A stretch of 64,000 nt of DNA, taken from Eledone cirrhosa (taxonomy: Eukaryota). The stretch is taken from the NCBI GenBank assembly GCA_964016885.1, contig OZ024740.1, positions 329,220,001-329,284,000 on the forward strand, written 5' to 3'. Below are positions 12,901 through 26,699 of the stretch, one piece after another. Position numbers and translations under genes: made by a program. Within the stretch, counting starts at the first letter, position 1, and every line of letters begins with the position of its first letter. The notes beneath the pieces are model-generated. The model was not told the DNA's origin. It was given only the letters and a program-made list of their open reading frames with translations, and searched no databases.

Positions 12901-15515
12901 ACTCATTGATTTGTAACCTGTCGACCGTTTACATTTTCGACCAAACCGCCATCTGCAGGCGACCGTCTTCTGTATGAGGGATGAGCATCCCCATCGTTCC
13001 AGGAAGTGTTCGTGAGAAAAGATTTCTGAAATTGCTTACTGCATTGGCCATCTTTCATGCAAGCGCTTTCCGATTTTCCACTCCGCATTGGTTGTGCACC
13101 ATTGACTTTGCCACCAAGTTGCGTAGTGCCTCATTCTCCGGCAGTTCATCACACACAATGAAGTCGACATCCTCAGCACATCTCAATTTGAAATCTCTAT
13201 GTAAAATGATCAGCAAATGACAAGTGGCAATCCTCTTTTTTGGAATTGAATTACGTATGTAAAAGCAACTATATCTCCAAAGATTCCCTCTTTTTCCACA
13301 TCATACATCATCCTTTTCAGATATCCTTTGAATACTCTTGCCACAATATCAGGACGGTCCTTTGGCTATTGTCCTGGCAAAAGTGCATCCTTAATATCAG
13401 TCCATTCAGGATTGCATGTAACCGTTATAAACAAATCTGGCTTTCCAAACTTTCTGACAATAGCCATTGCATCCTAATAGCGAATTTTCAAATATCTCGT
13501 GTCGCCGATGACCGGTGATGGCAAAGTGATGCCAATTTGCTTGTAATTGGCATCATCGGCTGTTATAGTATACTTTATATTATTATACAATTCAGCTCTG
13601 ATATGTTGCTGATGTGTAGCTATATAATTTAGCCTTTGATTTTCGATCTTTGCGAATGCCATACAACAGTATTCCTGGAACAATCTGCTGGCTTGGAATA
13701 GCGCATTTCTCTGTTGATTTCTCTCGTTCAAATGGAACGCGTAAAAGTCGCGAATCGAATTATTGTGTCTATTGCCACCTCCCTGTTGATGCTGATTCTC
13801 ATGATCATCTAAATGAACAGACATGTTCCATCCATTTACACCTTTGGGGAATAAAAGAACATAATGCAATGGATCGTATGCCCTATTTGACTCATTGATA
13901 GTCTTGAGACCACCATCTCTGCGATTGAGGACGATATCTCTCGATCCAGGCTTATCGTCCATCAACACAGCAACTTCACGAAATCCTTCAGGGGCATTAT
14001 ATCGGCTTCGTGTTGATTCCTTGGCTCTGCGTCAGCCTTAATCACCAATGTTTGCTGCTGAACATTTTGCAGTTCAGCCATCATCATGAAATCCATAACA
14101 TAAGGATTACACTGTCTAAGCCATGATTGCAAATCCAGGATCAAATCACTTAACCTTTGCCGTTCAAGTTCAGTTATATTTCCCGGCAACTTCATCCAAC
14201 CGATCCTGATATCCTCCTCCGATTCACTATAATCTGGATCGTTAACGTAAATTTGAGCGAATCGAGGCCTCTCTCCCGGAGTAACTTCTAAATTACCGAT
14301 ACGCTGATACAAACGGCCTTGAATGACTACATTGGGTTGCCATAGTCCACTCTCAAACATCTCACTAACTCTCTGCGATGCTAAAGCTAATGAATTGTTA
14401 ATTTTCCGCGAATATTTGCGCATTAATCTATTTCGGTCTCCTTGATCACCCCACATACTTAGTATTTTAAACTCCGGTGACTTCTCATCATCCGGCATTC
14501 GCAAGGGTTCTAGTTGAACTGCTCTTCTATGACAGCACATTGTGGTCCACGACTTTTCGTGCCTCCAAAGCAATGCTCCACAATGAGGACACTCTGCTCG
14601 TCCACCAATCTGAAAATGACACGGTTGCCATGATCCATTTTTAAAATCATTCGTTCGCCTTCTGGCCTCTTTACTAGAATGAGGAGCACTTTGGCGACAT
14701 ATTCTCTGAACTTCTGTATTGTGCTGTAGCTGTTCAGCCAGCTCCTCTTCATCCATCGCAGCACGCCGTTGCTGCTGAATTCTGACCATCTGCTGCTGAT
14801 TCTCAGCCAGTTCGTCTTCAACCATCGCATCACGCCGTCGCTGCTTGGCTCCAGTGTTTCGTTGGCGTTGTTCAGCCAGCTCCTCTTCATTCATGGCGAC
14901 ACGTCTTCGCCTCTGAAGTTCGGCGTTCCGATGGCGCTGTTCGGCCCGTTTTTCTTCATTGCTGGCTGCACGCCGTCGCCGCTGTAGTTCACTGTTTGAT
15001 AAAGTCGAATTGCTTTTATTTCGAGCAATTGTAAAAAAAATGTCACAATAATAAATATAAAAGATGTCTGTCAATGTAAAAAAAGGTCCCTATTTACTCC
15101 CTTCACAACTCTGTGTAAGTTAGACTGACAAACAGGCACGCAGACAGATAAACTGCGTGGCGATTGTGGAACGCCTCACGTACACACGCATGGAAACGCG
15201 CACACGCATGCAAACTTACACACGCACCCGTGCACACACTTACATACTCACACATGTTGATAGTTTTTACTTTCTGTAGAACGCTGCATGCACGCACACA
15301 TAAACATACGCGCACGTACATACACACGCACACATAGTAATCGTTACAGCGTTCACTTTGCCTCTTTGTTTCTTACTCTCCATTGTCATTCCCTCAATGG
15401 CATTATGCGTATTAATTTAAGTCTGGCGTCGTTGAGGTGGGCGGAGTCGTTTGAAACCTATGAACCAATGACAATCGAGAATTATGACACACGGAATACT
15501 GACGTTGTTCAAATT
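9960..15515 (-). mobile_element. Near full-length Helitron with pseudogenised RepHel (Zn motif, HUH/Y2 Rep, PIF1 helicase)
   Basis: CPHCGALLW..CC; YDPLHYVLLFPKG; FGKPDLFITVTCNPEW; IQFQKRGLP; FKYVYKGHD; FIDAPGGTGKT; MTVNKAQRQT..FSHGQLYVAASRV. Many stops and frameshifts. Candidate 3' hairpin CCC(A)GAGTT-C-AACTCGGG at 9977-9994 with degenerate CTAT end; 5' end at a TA run near 15515. Confidence 0.92.
15436..15470. promoter_or_regulatory. Possible Helitron internal promoter (GC box plus CCAAT box)
   Basis: GTGGGCGGAGT and AACCAATG near the Helitron 5' end. Confidence 0.3.
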
Positions 15516-15516
15516 A

Positions 15517-15551
<35 letters not shown>

Positions 15552-17199
15552 TATACGATACATATATACATATATATAATTTTATAATGTTATGACTGAT
15601 TATTTATTTAATTAATTCGTTCATCGTGCAAAACCAGTAAAGGATGTACACGTTATATGTGTGTTTATACTTATGTATGTTAATATGTATCCTCTCTAAT
15701 TTGTGCTATACTATCTCAAGGTTGAGTAAAGAATTATGCTGAAATAGACTGCTTCGTCTACCAAATCTGTTACTCGCCAATAGTCCAACCGTTACTACTC
15801 TCTGGATGACCATGAAAACATAATAGTTTTCCCTTTCGAAAATTTCACTGGCAACGTTCAGTTCAAGGAATCCTTTCTTAGTTTGAGAGGTCTCTTTGTA
15901 TAGCTTACTGAGAACCAATAAATTGGAATTTGAAAATATAGTAAACCCAATAATAATAATTGTTGATTTTAAATTACTGTTGCATTGATCGTGTTAATTG
16001 GAGATGGAATCTAGTTGAAAGAGATTCCTGCGTAGAATTTATTAACACATGTATAATATGCCAGCTGATCACATGTGACTATTATTTCAAATGACCACAG
16101 GTCACTAATCATCTTCTTTTTAGAAGTTGCTAATAACGAATAAATATGAATATTATTTGAATATGATGCAAGAGAATATGATGAAAAGAAATCCTTGCGG
16201 ATAATTGAACATTCATCTCAGCTCTGTTTCCAATATGTGCTCGCGTGTGATACGAGAGATTCTTAATTCAATTTTTAGCCAGCATTTGTATACATATTTT
16301 CCCGCATCCAGTGACATTCTTAATGACTTATTCAACTATTGTTCAAAATTATACATCATCAAAATAGTTATTGTTATTGAAAAAACAAAGTAATCCAGGG
16401 CATAAAATCTCCCAGTGAAAGATTCAACTCCAAAACCTGATATTTTCAGATGCTTAGATTTCAAAAAAATACTTGCTTTCTTTATGGTAATAGTATCCGC
16501 CTAGGCATACACCCTACGTTCTCTCAGTCAATCACGAACATATTCTGACTTCTATATTTCTCATAATTTTCAGAATACCCTTGCATAATAAAGAACATTT
16601 GACATACACCTTCTATATTCACAAACACACAACGTGTACAATGCCTTGTTACATTCTTCATCTTTTCTCATGTTCCTATGCGCCACACACTCAATTCTAA
16701 AATCTGATTATTTACTTATTTTCACAGACGACGCAATCAGTAGAACATTTTCATCACGTTGTTAACAGCTTTTCCCAATTATAAATTATATGTCCCCCAA
16801 CTCATTTCCGAGAGCGCTTTTGCCAAATCTGGTTTAATGTTTTATATAATTCACCTGAATGTATGGTTTACAAACATAGATTGAATTTATATGAAATTGT
16901 CAAACAATATCCTACGGATTTATATTGCTAATTCAGAACTATTCTATATGTATTTCAGGCTCTGCCAGGGTGCACATTGTCACATCCCTTGCTCATAATA
17001 TTCATGTATAATAGTGACATGTCCAGCTGGGGTAAAATTTGTATCAGAACCGGCGACTATAGAAAGTGTCAGGTGCTATTTGTAGACGTCATGGAGATAA
17101 TTATCTCGTCACTGGGTTATCTCCGACGTGCGCTTAATAGATTTATTGCTGAATGCATCGATGATCAGAAATTCATCCGCTCCTGAAAGACTGTGAATA

Positions 17200-17979
17200 T
17201 GATTGGAGTTACTCGGAATCAAATGAACAAACCTGGTTCAAGAGTTTCGAGGCCGTTTTAACGAGTGATGGAATGTAGGAAGTGGTTTGAAATATAAACA
17301 TTGATGGAGCTGTTACAATAGTGCAGCAGTTCCATCACCCGATCATAAGAATATGGGAGGTAGTTGTAAAAGCAAAACTCTTTAACTTCAGTTCGGTCTT
17401 CGCGTATAACCTTACATATGGTCTGAATCTTTGGTAATGAGCGACAGAATACGATCCTGAAAGTAACTAGCCGACATGAGGCTTCATCGAAAGGAATTGG
17501 AGTAATGTTACTCTACATGTTACTCTACATATGGTCTGAATCTTTGGTAATGAGCGACAGAATACGATCCTGAAAGTAACTAGCCGACATGAGGCTAGTT
17601 ACTTTCAGGATCGTATTCTGTCACTTCGAGTAGAGCCGCTACGACACCGCATCGAGAGATCACAACTCTGGTACCATAGACATATGGCGTAAATGTATAA
17701 GGGGAAATCGCCGGGCAGGTTTTCAGGCAGAGTTAACAGGGAAAACCAACCGACAAGTGATTCAGACCTAGACCACGAACACCATGGTTAGATAACATCC
17801 ATTAACTCAGCTGGTCTCACTTGGTTGTCCAGCCGAATCATTTGGAAACGGTTGCTTCTGATAGGACTTTCTGGAAAATGTGCCCAAGGATCTGGAACCA
17901 CGGAGACAGAAGAAGAAGAAGAAGAAGAAGAAGAAGAAGAAGAAGAAGAAGAAGAAGAAGAAGAAGAAGAAGAAGAAGA
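17200..17979 (+). mobile_element. Decayed RTE-clade LINE 3' fragment with (GAA)n tail
   Basis: Remnant VEPL..RIERSQL / RPRT.W.DNI peptides, similarity to 42350-42957, and a (GAA)n tail at 17907-17979. Confidence 0.6.
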
Positions 17980-18305
17980 TACACGCAACGTTGTTTCAAA
18001 TTCTCAAGCTGCGTCGTTACTCATCATTCTTCATTTCACTTCTACACCCTTATCTTTCCACTGTTTTCGTTTCAAATTACTGCACATTCACTTTACATCA
18101 GATTCCTACAACCCTGCTTGTTTTTTGTAATCCTCGTTGACCATATATTTTAATTCATGTCTCATATTTATCACTCTCTCATTTAATGCATTCTTTATCT
18201 CTCTACCTTCTTATATGTCTCTACTAACTGCAGTCTTTTCCCCACATCTCTCTCTGCTTCTTATACACACTATATCTCTGTCATATTTTGCATCTACACA
18301 GTCAA

Positions 18306-18342
<37 letters not shown>

Positions 18343-18594
18343 TACAGGCACACACATTGTCTCCAATCTTTATTCCCACTCTCTGCGGCATATTACTATA
18401 TTGAATATTGAGATTAAAAACAAACCCAGGAAAGAGAAAAAATGGACTGATTATTTAAATGATTATAAAATGACTTTTAAAATGGCAAATATCCCACGTA
18501 TAAGTGTAAAAAAATAGAATATTCGCTCAAAGAAATTGTTTAAAAATTTACCGAAAATTAAACATTTTAAGAATTTTCAATTTTATGCAAAGCT

Positions 18595-18695
<101 letters not shown>

Positions 18696-18999
18696 CCAAT
18701 GCAAGTAAATTTTAATTCAGCAAGAAAACTTGCTTAACTCATAGCCTAAGTTATTGTCTCTCAATATTATACAAAATATTACTAGTAATCAGTGTAAAAC
18801 TACAAACAAATGCAAATAGAGACAGTGAAAACAGCAAATTAAACGTAACACAGATATCATGCGACTTAATGAATAGTTAAAAAGACAACTTATACATAAA
18901 GAAATATATGACTGAATATATTATTTAACACAGATTTCAAACCAAGCACTATGTCACATATTTTAGACGAGGAAACAATCTACAACAATGTAATAAAGG

Positions 19000-19610
19000 A
19001 ATATATCTGGGCAGTTACATCACTGACGATGGTAACTCGGTCACTGATGTGGAACAAAAACTCGACTGAAGCATGTATGGTTCAAACTTCTTTATTAAGC
19101 AATCTTCTAAAACACATCTGTATACATAATTTGCCGTACCAACAACATCTGCTTGTGAGATATGTAAATGGATTAGCAAAACACATAGATATAGATATTT
19201 CCTTCACATACGTTACTTTAGGATCATAGAAAGAATTTGTCGGCGAGACCGCTTCAGGAATGAAAGGGGCTTGCTTGGAAAGGAGCAGTCTTGTGATATT
19301 CGTCATACCCTCACTGTAGACGGTGGAAGATACACATATACTTTCTACGCATGACCATACAGTGAACAATGAAAACTCACACGAGGATTGGGTGTGGAAG
19401 GCGAATAAGAAATGCAACCAGATACTGGCAGACATAGGCCTAATAACGAGGAGGTTCACGATAAGGCTTGTGGCAGTTTTGAGCGATTTCTCGTAATCCG
19501 ACACACCTTAATGAGCAGGAGGAGAGGTTCTCACCATTCACTCCCTCAAGCATTCACTCACACGCCCATTCACACCCTCACTCACTCAATTCACTGGCTC
19601 ACTCACTCAT
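19000..19610 (+). mobile_element. Very old LINE 3' remnant (RTE-like) with a CACT-type tail
   Basis: Weak DRFRNE and RHTL remnants followed by (CACT)n-like repeats. Confidence 0.3.
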
Positions 19611-20036
19611 CAACGAAATAACTAATGAACTAATTAATTAAATGAATTGTATTTATGCTAAGAATCCGAAGTGATAAAAGTCAAATCCAACGTCAGCACA
19701 ATTTGAATCCATGACATAAACATGATGTAGTAATATATCATTTTGTGCTATGCTCTAAAGATTCAGTAAATATCTCGTCATTAATTGGTACGTTAGCAAG
19801 GTAAATTTCGATAATAAAATGAGTCACTTTTCTTATGAAATTATTGCAAGCATGACTCTATGACAAAGAAAGTCACGTACAACTACGGCGCTAGAGGTTC
19901 AGCCCCAATGTGCCGTAATTTGGACTTGTGTCTACTGTGATAGACTTGATTTGACCAATGCGCGAGAGAACATATCGTGAAATGAAATTGCAGAAATCCG
20001 ATATAATCCAATCCCTGTCTCTCTCTATATATATAA

Positions 20037-20130
20037 CTAGACAAACCGTGACCGGTTGGGTCACGTTCGCTTCAAAAATGTTTTTAAAAATCATGTTCAC
20101 TTAAAAATAATTTTGTTACATCCTTATATT
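20037..20130 (-). mobile_element. Helitron 3' terminus
   Basis: CTAG (20037-20040) beside the hairpin CGTGACC-ggttg-GGTCACG (20047-20065), next to a TA run. Confidence 0.6.
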
Positions 20131-20144
20131 TGTATATATATGTA

Positions 20145-20188
<44 letters not shown>

Positions 20189-20189
20189 T

Positions 20190-20760
20190 AAGTTATTCCA
20201 GGTTGAATCGGATGTAACCACAGTAAGTAAGGTACTCAATACATAGCAGAGTATAACAGTTTTAATATAGATGAGATTCTACAGGACTAGAACAGTTTCA
20301 TTCTTTAGAAACCATCAGGAATCTGGCTTTCCAAAAATAAATGTTGTGGCATTTATAACTTTTAAGGTGGTAGGAGAGGGTAGGGAGTGGAATAGGTGGA
20401 GGTCAGTGGTTGAAAGAAAAGAGAATTCATTAAAAGCTAATTCTTTAAGGTTATAATTTATATTTAGAGTGACAAAGGCAGAAAGAATTCTATAAACAAG
20501 TTCAGAATGGGTGCCACTCTTTATTTTTAAGTTTCTCTTAAACTATATTTCAGGTGACTATAAGATCGTTGGAGTCACTCATGTTTGATGGATTTAAAGA
20601 AAAGGGAAATTATTTAAAAGCTAATTCTTTAAAGCTCTACTTAGAGTGACAAAGGCCAAGAGAATTCTATAAACCAGTTCAAAATATTAGGCGCCTAACA
20701 TATCATTATTGTCATATTTCTTTTAAGCTATATTCCAGGTGTCGACAGACACAATCCTTT
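20190..20760 (-). mobile_element. PLE 3'-end fragment with ~190-bp internal direct repeat and HHR-like motif (20275-20323)
   Basis: AAAAGCTAATTCTTTAA...AGAGTGACAAAGGC..GAATTCTATAAAC occurs twice; ends in (TA)n; related to 44100-44275. Confidence 0.5.
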
Positions 20761-21410
20761 AAAATTATAATGATATTATAATGAAATAGTATGGTAGAAT
20801 ATTAAATATTAAGTGTTAATTGAACAAGTACTTTCATGCTTTCGTAATCTTCAGGTTCATATTCTGTGGTGACAGTCAAGTTTTCAATTTTCAACTGTAA
20901 TGAGATTGGTAAATTTTGTGCCTGATATACAGTGAAAAGCGACTACAGATTGCTAATTATTGCAAACTGTATTTCGACCAATCGGTGTGTAGTTTCACTG
21001 GATTACTAAAGCTAATTGGTTTAGGCGTCACGGTTGGTTGAGCATGTCTAACGACTTCTATTTGACCCTATCCAAAGCAGCAATTGTTTTGCTATTTTTA
21101 GAAATGATGAAAATAGCATTTTCTAGGGTTTTTATAAAAAGATCTTCAGTAATCATCACCATCAACATCACTTTTATTATTATTATTGTTGTTGTTGTTG
21201 TTAGTGGTGGTAGTCGACATGGTCGTAGGCGTAGTCATAGTAGGAGAAAAAACCCTAAGCATTATTATAGGGTTGGAATTTATCACTAAAATTCTTTTCT
21301 TTAATTTTTCTCTTGATTTCACTTGGGCTGTGTAATTTGTAGAATGGAAATATTATGAATATTTTCTGACCACATGTTGCTAGATGGTTGCTAGATGTTG
21401 CCACATGTTG

Positions 21411-22230
21411 CTAGATGATTTGCTGTCGGTGCACCCGTACACGTTCCGATAGTGCATTTCCAGTTTGACCGACATATAGTTCTTTACAATTGGGGCATTT
21501 AATGCAGTAAATTAGATTTCTGCTTTTGCAGTTCATATTTGCATTTGGGAATATTTTTCCAGTTTTTGTTTTCATATATTGACCGGTGTGTATGGATTGA
21601 CATGTGCCACATCGGCTATCATTGCATTTAGATACAGTGAATGATTGCTCTTTGTTGTTAAGGTCAAACTTTGCCTTTGTTAGTAATTGCTTCAAATTTT
21701 TCGGCTGTCTTTTACTAAGAGTCAAAGATCGGTCTGTGATTAAACCTTTTAATTGAGCACTGATCGGTAGGTTTGGTTTGGCAATGATGAATATATTCTG
21801 GTGACATGGATTTTGTGTCATTACAAATGGTATGACCAGTTCTTGGTTTCTTCTTCCTTGGGTTGACTTAAGTTGTTGTATAGGTATTTTTATAGCCCGC
21901 TGTATGCCATTTTCTATAAGTAGAGATGGGTATTTTTGTTTGAGCAAAAATTCTCTCAGTTCTATTAGGCGTTTGTTCCTGGTGTTCGTATCTTCTACAA
22001 TGGTACACATTCTTCTGGCTAGGCATTATGGGATGTTGCATTTTGTATGAGGTGGATGGCTAGACGTAAAATTCAGATATTGATGGGTGTCTGTGTGTTT
22101 ATAATATATATCCGTGGTAATGGTGGTGTCGTTTTTGATTACAATTATATCTAGGAATGGTAAGTTGGTACTACTCATCTCTTTTGTGAACAGGAGAGAT
22201 GAGTGTAGGTTATTCAGGAGGATATTGAAA
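21411..22230 (-). mobile_element. Neptune-like PLE fragment (RT thumb + GIY-YIG)
   Basis: LPFLD and YKHTDTHQYLNFTSSHP; CNDSRCGTC; NLIYCIKCPNCKELYVGQTG...RVRVHRQQ. Confidence 0.85.
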
Positions 22231-22790
22231 TCATCTAGAGTATCTAGAGATTCTATTTCCCCTATCCTTTAATAGGATAGGGGAAATAGAGGTGTAGTAA
22301 GAATTGATATCAAATTGAATAAATTGTTTATCCTTGTTATCCTTGATATCTTTGAACCATTCAATCACTTCAACCGTATTTCCCCATTGTTTAAGGTATA
22401 TCTTGTGTTTAATCTGTGGGATGATTTTATCTAAAAAAAATTTACTGATAATGCCAATGTCAGACTTGGAAGGGAAGATGAGTCTAATCGAGGGGTTGCT
22501 AATGAAGTCCTCCTTATGGTCCTTCAGAGAGAATCTAGGGGGGTTAGGGGCATATGGTTGTGTATGTCTCTGGAGTCCTAGTTTGGACACTATATTATAG
22601 CCTTCCATATTAATATCTTCTAAGTTTTTCATGGTGGTTTTCTTGTAGCTTTTATGTAGTTTATTATATATAAACTTTCTATAAGTATTATAATCTAGGC
22701 TGTATATATTATTAGTTTTGTCCGCATGTACAATAATTGTATTACTAGTTTTGAAAATATAATTAATGTAAACTGTAGGCACTGAATTGG
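22231..22790 (-). mobile_element. PLE RT N-terminal fragment of a different (Hydra-like) type
   Basis: ADKTNNIY..LKDHKEDF..NPSIRLI.PSKSDIGIISK..LD..QWGNT.EVIEWF..FIQFDINSYYTSI. Confidence 0.75.
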
Positions 22791-24039
22791 TTGTGCTAAC
22801 ATTGTCCTGTGCATGGAGTGCCACCATAGGGTAGATAGAAAATTAAGTATTGAATTTATTAAAAGGGCTATATATTCTATATGCTGAGTACAATGAATTA
22901 TATACAGGTGATATATGAGTTATGAGTATATGTATGGCTTGATGGCCAGATTAGTGTCTTTATATGAGAGAATTGATCTCTGGACCACCCTGGTGATATT
23001 TAACTTTGCTATGCATTCAGACATACAATGACCCAGAGCTTACCGGGAGTTATATATAGTAATAAGACCCTGCCAGGTTCTGCGAGTGGACTACACTTAC
23101 AAAGATCATTGATTTGGAGGTCTGACCCTTCTTGTAGAATGTTCGGTTGTGGCACTCCATGATAGAAGGTAATCATACAGATATGAACACCTTTAGTACT
23201 TCTTAATAGACTACACTGTAATTTATAGATAAGATACTTAATTTAGAAATTGTTTATAACGTTATATGATAGGGACTCATTTGAAACACCATTAATGTAC
23301 TTTAGGATAATAAATTCAACTATGATAATCAGCTAGTTACCTCCCCTTGCGCATTAACTCCCCTTAGTCACATACACACTTCCGGAATATAATACAATGT
23401 CATATCTCACAACAAAAACAACCTGATCTATGAATCAAATTAAGAAACGACAAGATATGATTTATATCATGATTCACCAGACACCCAATGTTGAATCATC
23501 GTGGATTGAGTGATGGACATGTAGTCTATAAATTGCGTTTCCTGGATTATGTGAGTGGTGGTGGGTGCGAGGAGAGTGGTGCTGTTTGGCTTCTCATTTG
23601 TAATATTTTTGATATTTTTGGTGTTTCTCTACAAACGGGCTTATATATCGTATAGGTGTGTGTGAAAAATGCTTTAACAATACAGCCCCCATGATGCTAT
23701 TGATTGCCTGCTTTAACTGCTTGTTTTTACATGTAACAATCTGCCGCACTATAATCCTGTATAAATAAGACACGCGTGCATGCCACACGTGAGACTGTTT
23801 CATACACTGACTACTCTAAACTTTCCTCGTGCTTTATCTTCATAAACTGCCAATGTTTTATTTTTATTTTTATTTTAACTTTAATTTTGTCCTTTAATAT
23901 GAATGTAACCTTTGTATGTAAATTGCCATACTATATCATTATGATGGATGTTAACCCACTGTGGGTCAATATATACATATGTTTGTGTATGGCTCTTGTG
24001 TTGATAAGGAGGTCAAGTATGTGAAAAATCACTAAATAG

Positions 24040-24088
24040 TTGCTCCGAAGAAACCAAACCTCGGTTTGGAGGAAACAATTGTAAGCAA
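24040..24088 (+). ncRNA. Type I hammerhead (U4C-mutated core), likely a PLE 3' end
   Basis: TTGCT-CCGAAGA-aaCCAAACC tc GGTTTGGag-GAAA-CAATTG-TA-AGCAA, just before (CT)n(TA)n. Confidence 0.65.
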
Positions 24089-24124
24089 ATAAATGATTTA
24101 AACTGAACTTTGATTCATGTAATT

Positions 24125-24164
<40 letters not shown>

Positions 24165-24168
24165 TCCC

Positions 24169-24405
<237 letters not shown>

Positions 24406-24441
24406 AGGAAGAATATTTTCGAAACAGCGAGCGTGTTTGAA

Positions 24442-24797
<356 letters not shown>

Positions 24798-24909
24798 TAT
24801 ATATATACATATATAGATATAAATATATATATCGATCTCGCTGAAATTATATTTGTATATATATATATAAATATAATTTCAGCGAGATTGATATATATAT
24901 TTATATTTA

Positions 24910-25659
24910 TACTACCAGTGGTACCCGGCGTTGCACGGGATAAGGTATTTTGGAACGCGGGCCGCCAACAGACCTAATCGTGGAAAAAGTGCATGCCAGG
25001 ACAATATGTAAAGAAAATAAACCGAATACTCTGATGGCTGGATAATCTTTAAGATTTTCCTCTATGAAGCAAGAAAAATGCAGGTTTTCCTCTAATGCGG
25101 GTCCTAGGGGATGAAGAAAATAATATTTTTTTATGTGCATAATATGCCTTGAAATTTCAGGAAAATCAGCTAGGCGTAACGCCTAAAAAAAGCCCTCAAA
25201 AGCTGAAAAAATGAAGTCTTTCACCTAATGCGAGCTGTAGGCCATAAAAAAGTTGAATTTTCTGTGCTCCGGGTATGAAGAACTGACTGACTAATACATA
25301 GTTACAATTTCAAGGAAATCGGTCTGACGTAACGCCTCAAAAAACCCATAAAAAGCTTAAAAAACGCAGCTTTTCACCTATGCAGTTTTTCCCCTAGGAT
25401 ATCAAAAAGAAGAATTTTCCTATGTGCTTAACATTCTCTTAAACATAAGTAATAGACATGTACAGTTTGAAAAAAATCGGTTGGGTACTTCTCGAATTTT
25501 AGGGATTTTATATGTATATATATATATATGTGTCCGACGAACCTGCGGGTTCAGAAGCAGACAGATCGACACAATGGTCGCGACTCGCGCTGCCCGCCGG
25601 CGAAACAATTGTAACGCACAATAAATTGAGTTCAGATGCATCACTGATTTTTCGTTTTC

Positions 25660-25665
<6 letters not shown>
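24910..25665 (-). mobile_element. Non-autonomous Helitron
   Basis: Plus strand ACTACCAGTGGTA-CCCGGCGTTGCACGGG is a degenerate CTAG end with hairpin; the 5' part matches 55600-55735; internal subrepeats. Confidence 0.7.
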
Positions 25666-25709
<44 letters not shown>

Positions 25710-25710
<1 letters not shown>

Positions 25711-26646
25711 AGACGTAAAATAAGAAAATTATAAAATTAACTTACTTACTAAAATATCACTTCCAACTAATTAGTTTCTGGAATGGAGTAAATATATTTT
25801 CCGAAGAATAATAAAGAGAAGCATTCCGTCGTCAGGAAAGTCTATTCTCATGTAAGTTTCCAGGCAAAGCGAGGACACTGGAAACTTATTAAAAAATAAT
25901 TCAGTGGATAGGAAATAGCGAAGCGTGGACTGAATTCCAAGCCATTGAGAAAATCACTGCCTCTACGTCTGTGGCAAATTCAAAAAGAATTGAACACGTG
26001 ACATCGAGGTCAATCAGTGGAAAGTGGTTTGCTAATAAGACAGCGGCCTGCCTACAACCGTAGCAGCAGTCATGGCCAATATTGCTCGACAAATAATTTG
26101 GAGATAATAATAAAGAATTCATATCTAGTAACATATATATACATACAGATGCATATCAATGCTAGCAAATATATACGGTTGTAGGCAGGCCGCTGTCTTA
26201 TTAGCAAACCACTTTCCACTGATTGACCTCGATGTCACGTGTTCGATTCTTTTTGAATTTGCCACAGACGTAGAGGCAGTGATTTTCTCAATGGCTTGGA
26301 ATTCAGTCCACGCTTCGCTATTTCCTATCCACTGAATTATTTTTTAATAAGTTTCCAGTGTCCTCGCTTTGCCTGGAAACTTACATGAGAATAGACTTTC
26401 CTGACGACGGAATGCTTCTCTTTATTATTCTTCGGAAAATATATTTACTCCATTCCAGAAACTAATTAGTTGGAAGTGATATTTTAGTAAGTAAGTTAAT
26501 TTTATAATTTTCTTATTTTACGTCTCTTATATTATTGTTCTGCAACCCCATGCATTGAACCACACTGTTATTAAGACAAAACCTATATATTTGCTAGCAT
26601 TGATATGCATCTGTATGTATATATATGTTACTAGATATGAATTCTT

Positions 26647-26652
<6 letters not shown>
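25710..26652. mobile_element. PLE-type fold-back cassette: ~350-bp near-perfect inverted arms plus a second inverted segment
   Basis: 25710-26061 is the reverse complement of 26176-26526; 26109-26176 is the reverse complement of 26585-26652; (TA)n on both sides. Confidence 0.85.
26395..26477 (+). ncRNA. Type I hammerhead with extended stem II (mirror copy at 25759-25841, minus strand)
   Basis: ACTTTC-CTGACGA-cGGAATG...CATTCCa-GAAA-CTAATTAG-TT-GGAAGT; GUU triplet. Confidence 0.75.

Positions 26653-26699
<47 letters not shown>

Noticed and set aside
15706-16400. SH3-like or RNase H-like peptide fragments on the minus strand
   Set aside because: Stops in all frames and no clean splice sites; at most an ancient LINE remnant.
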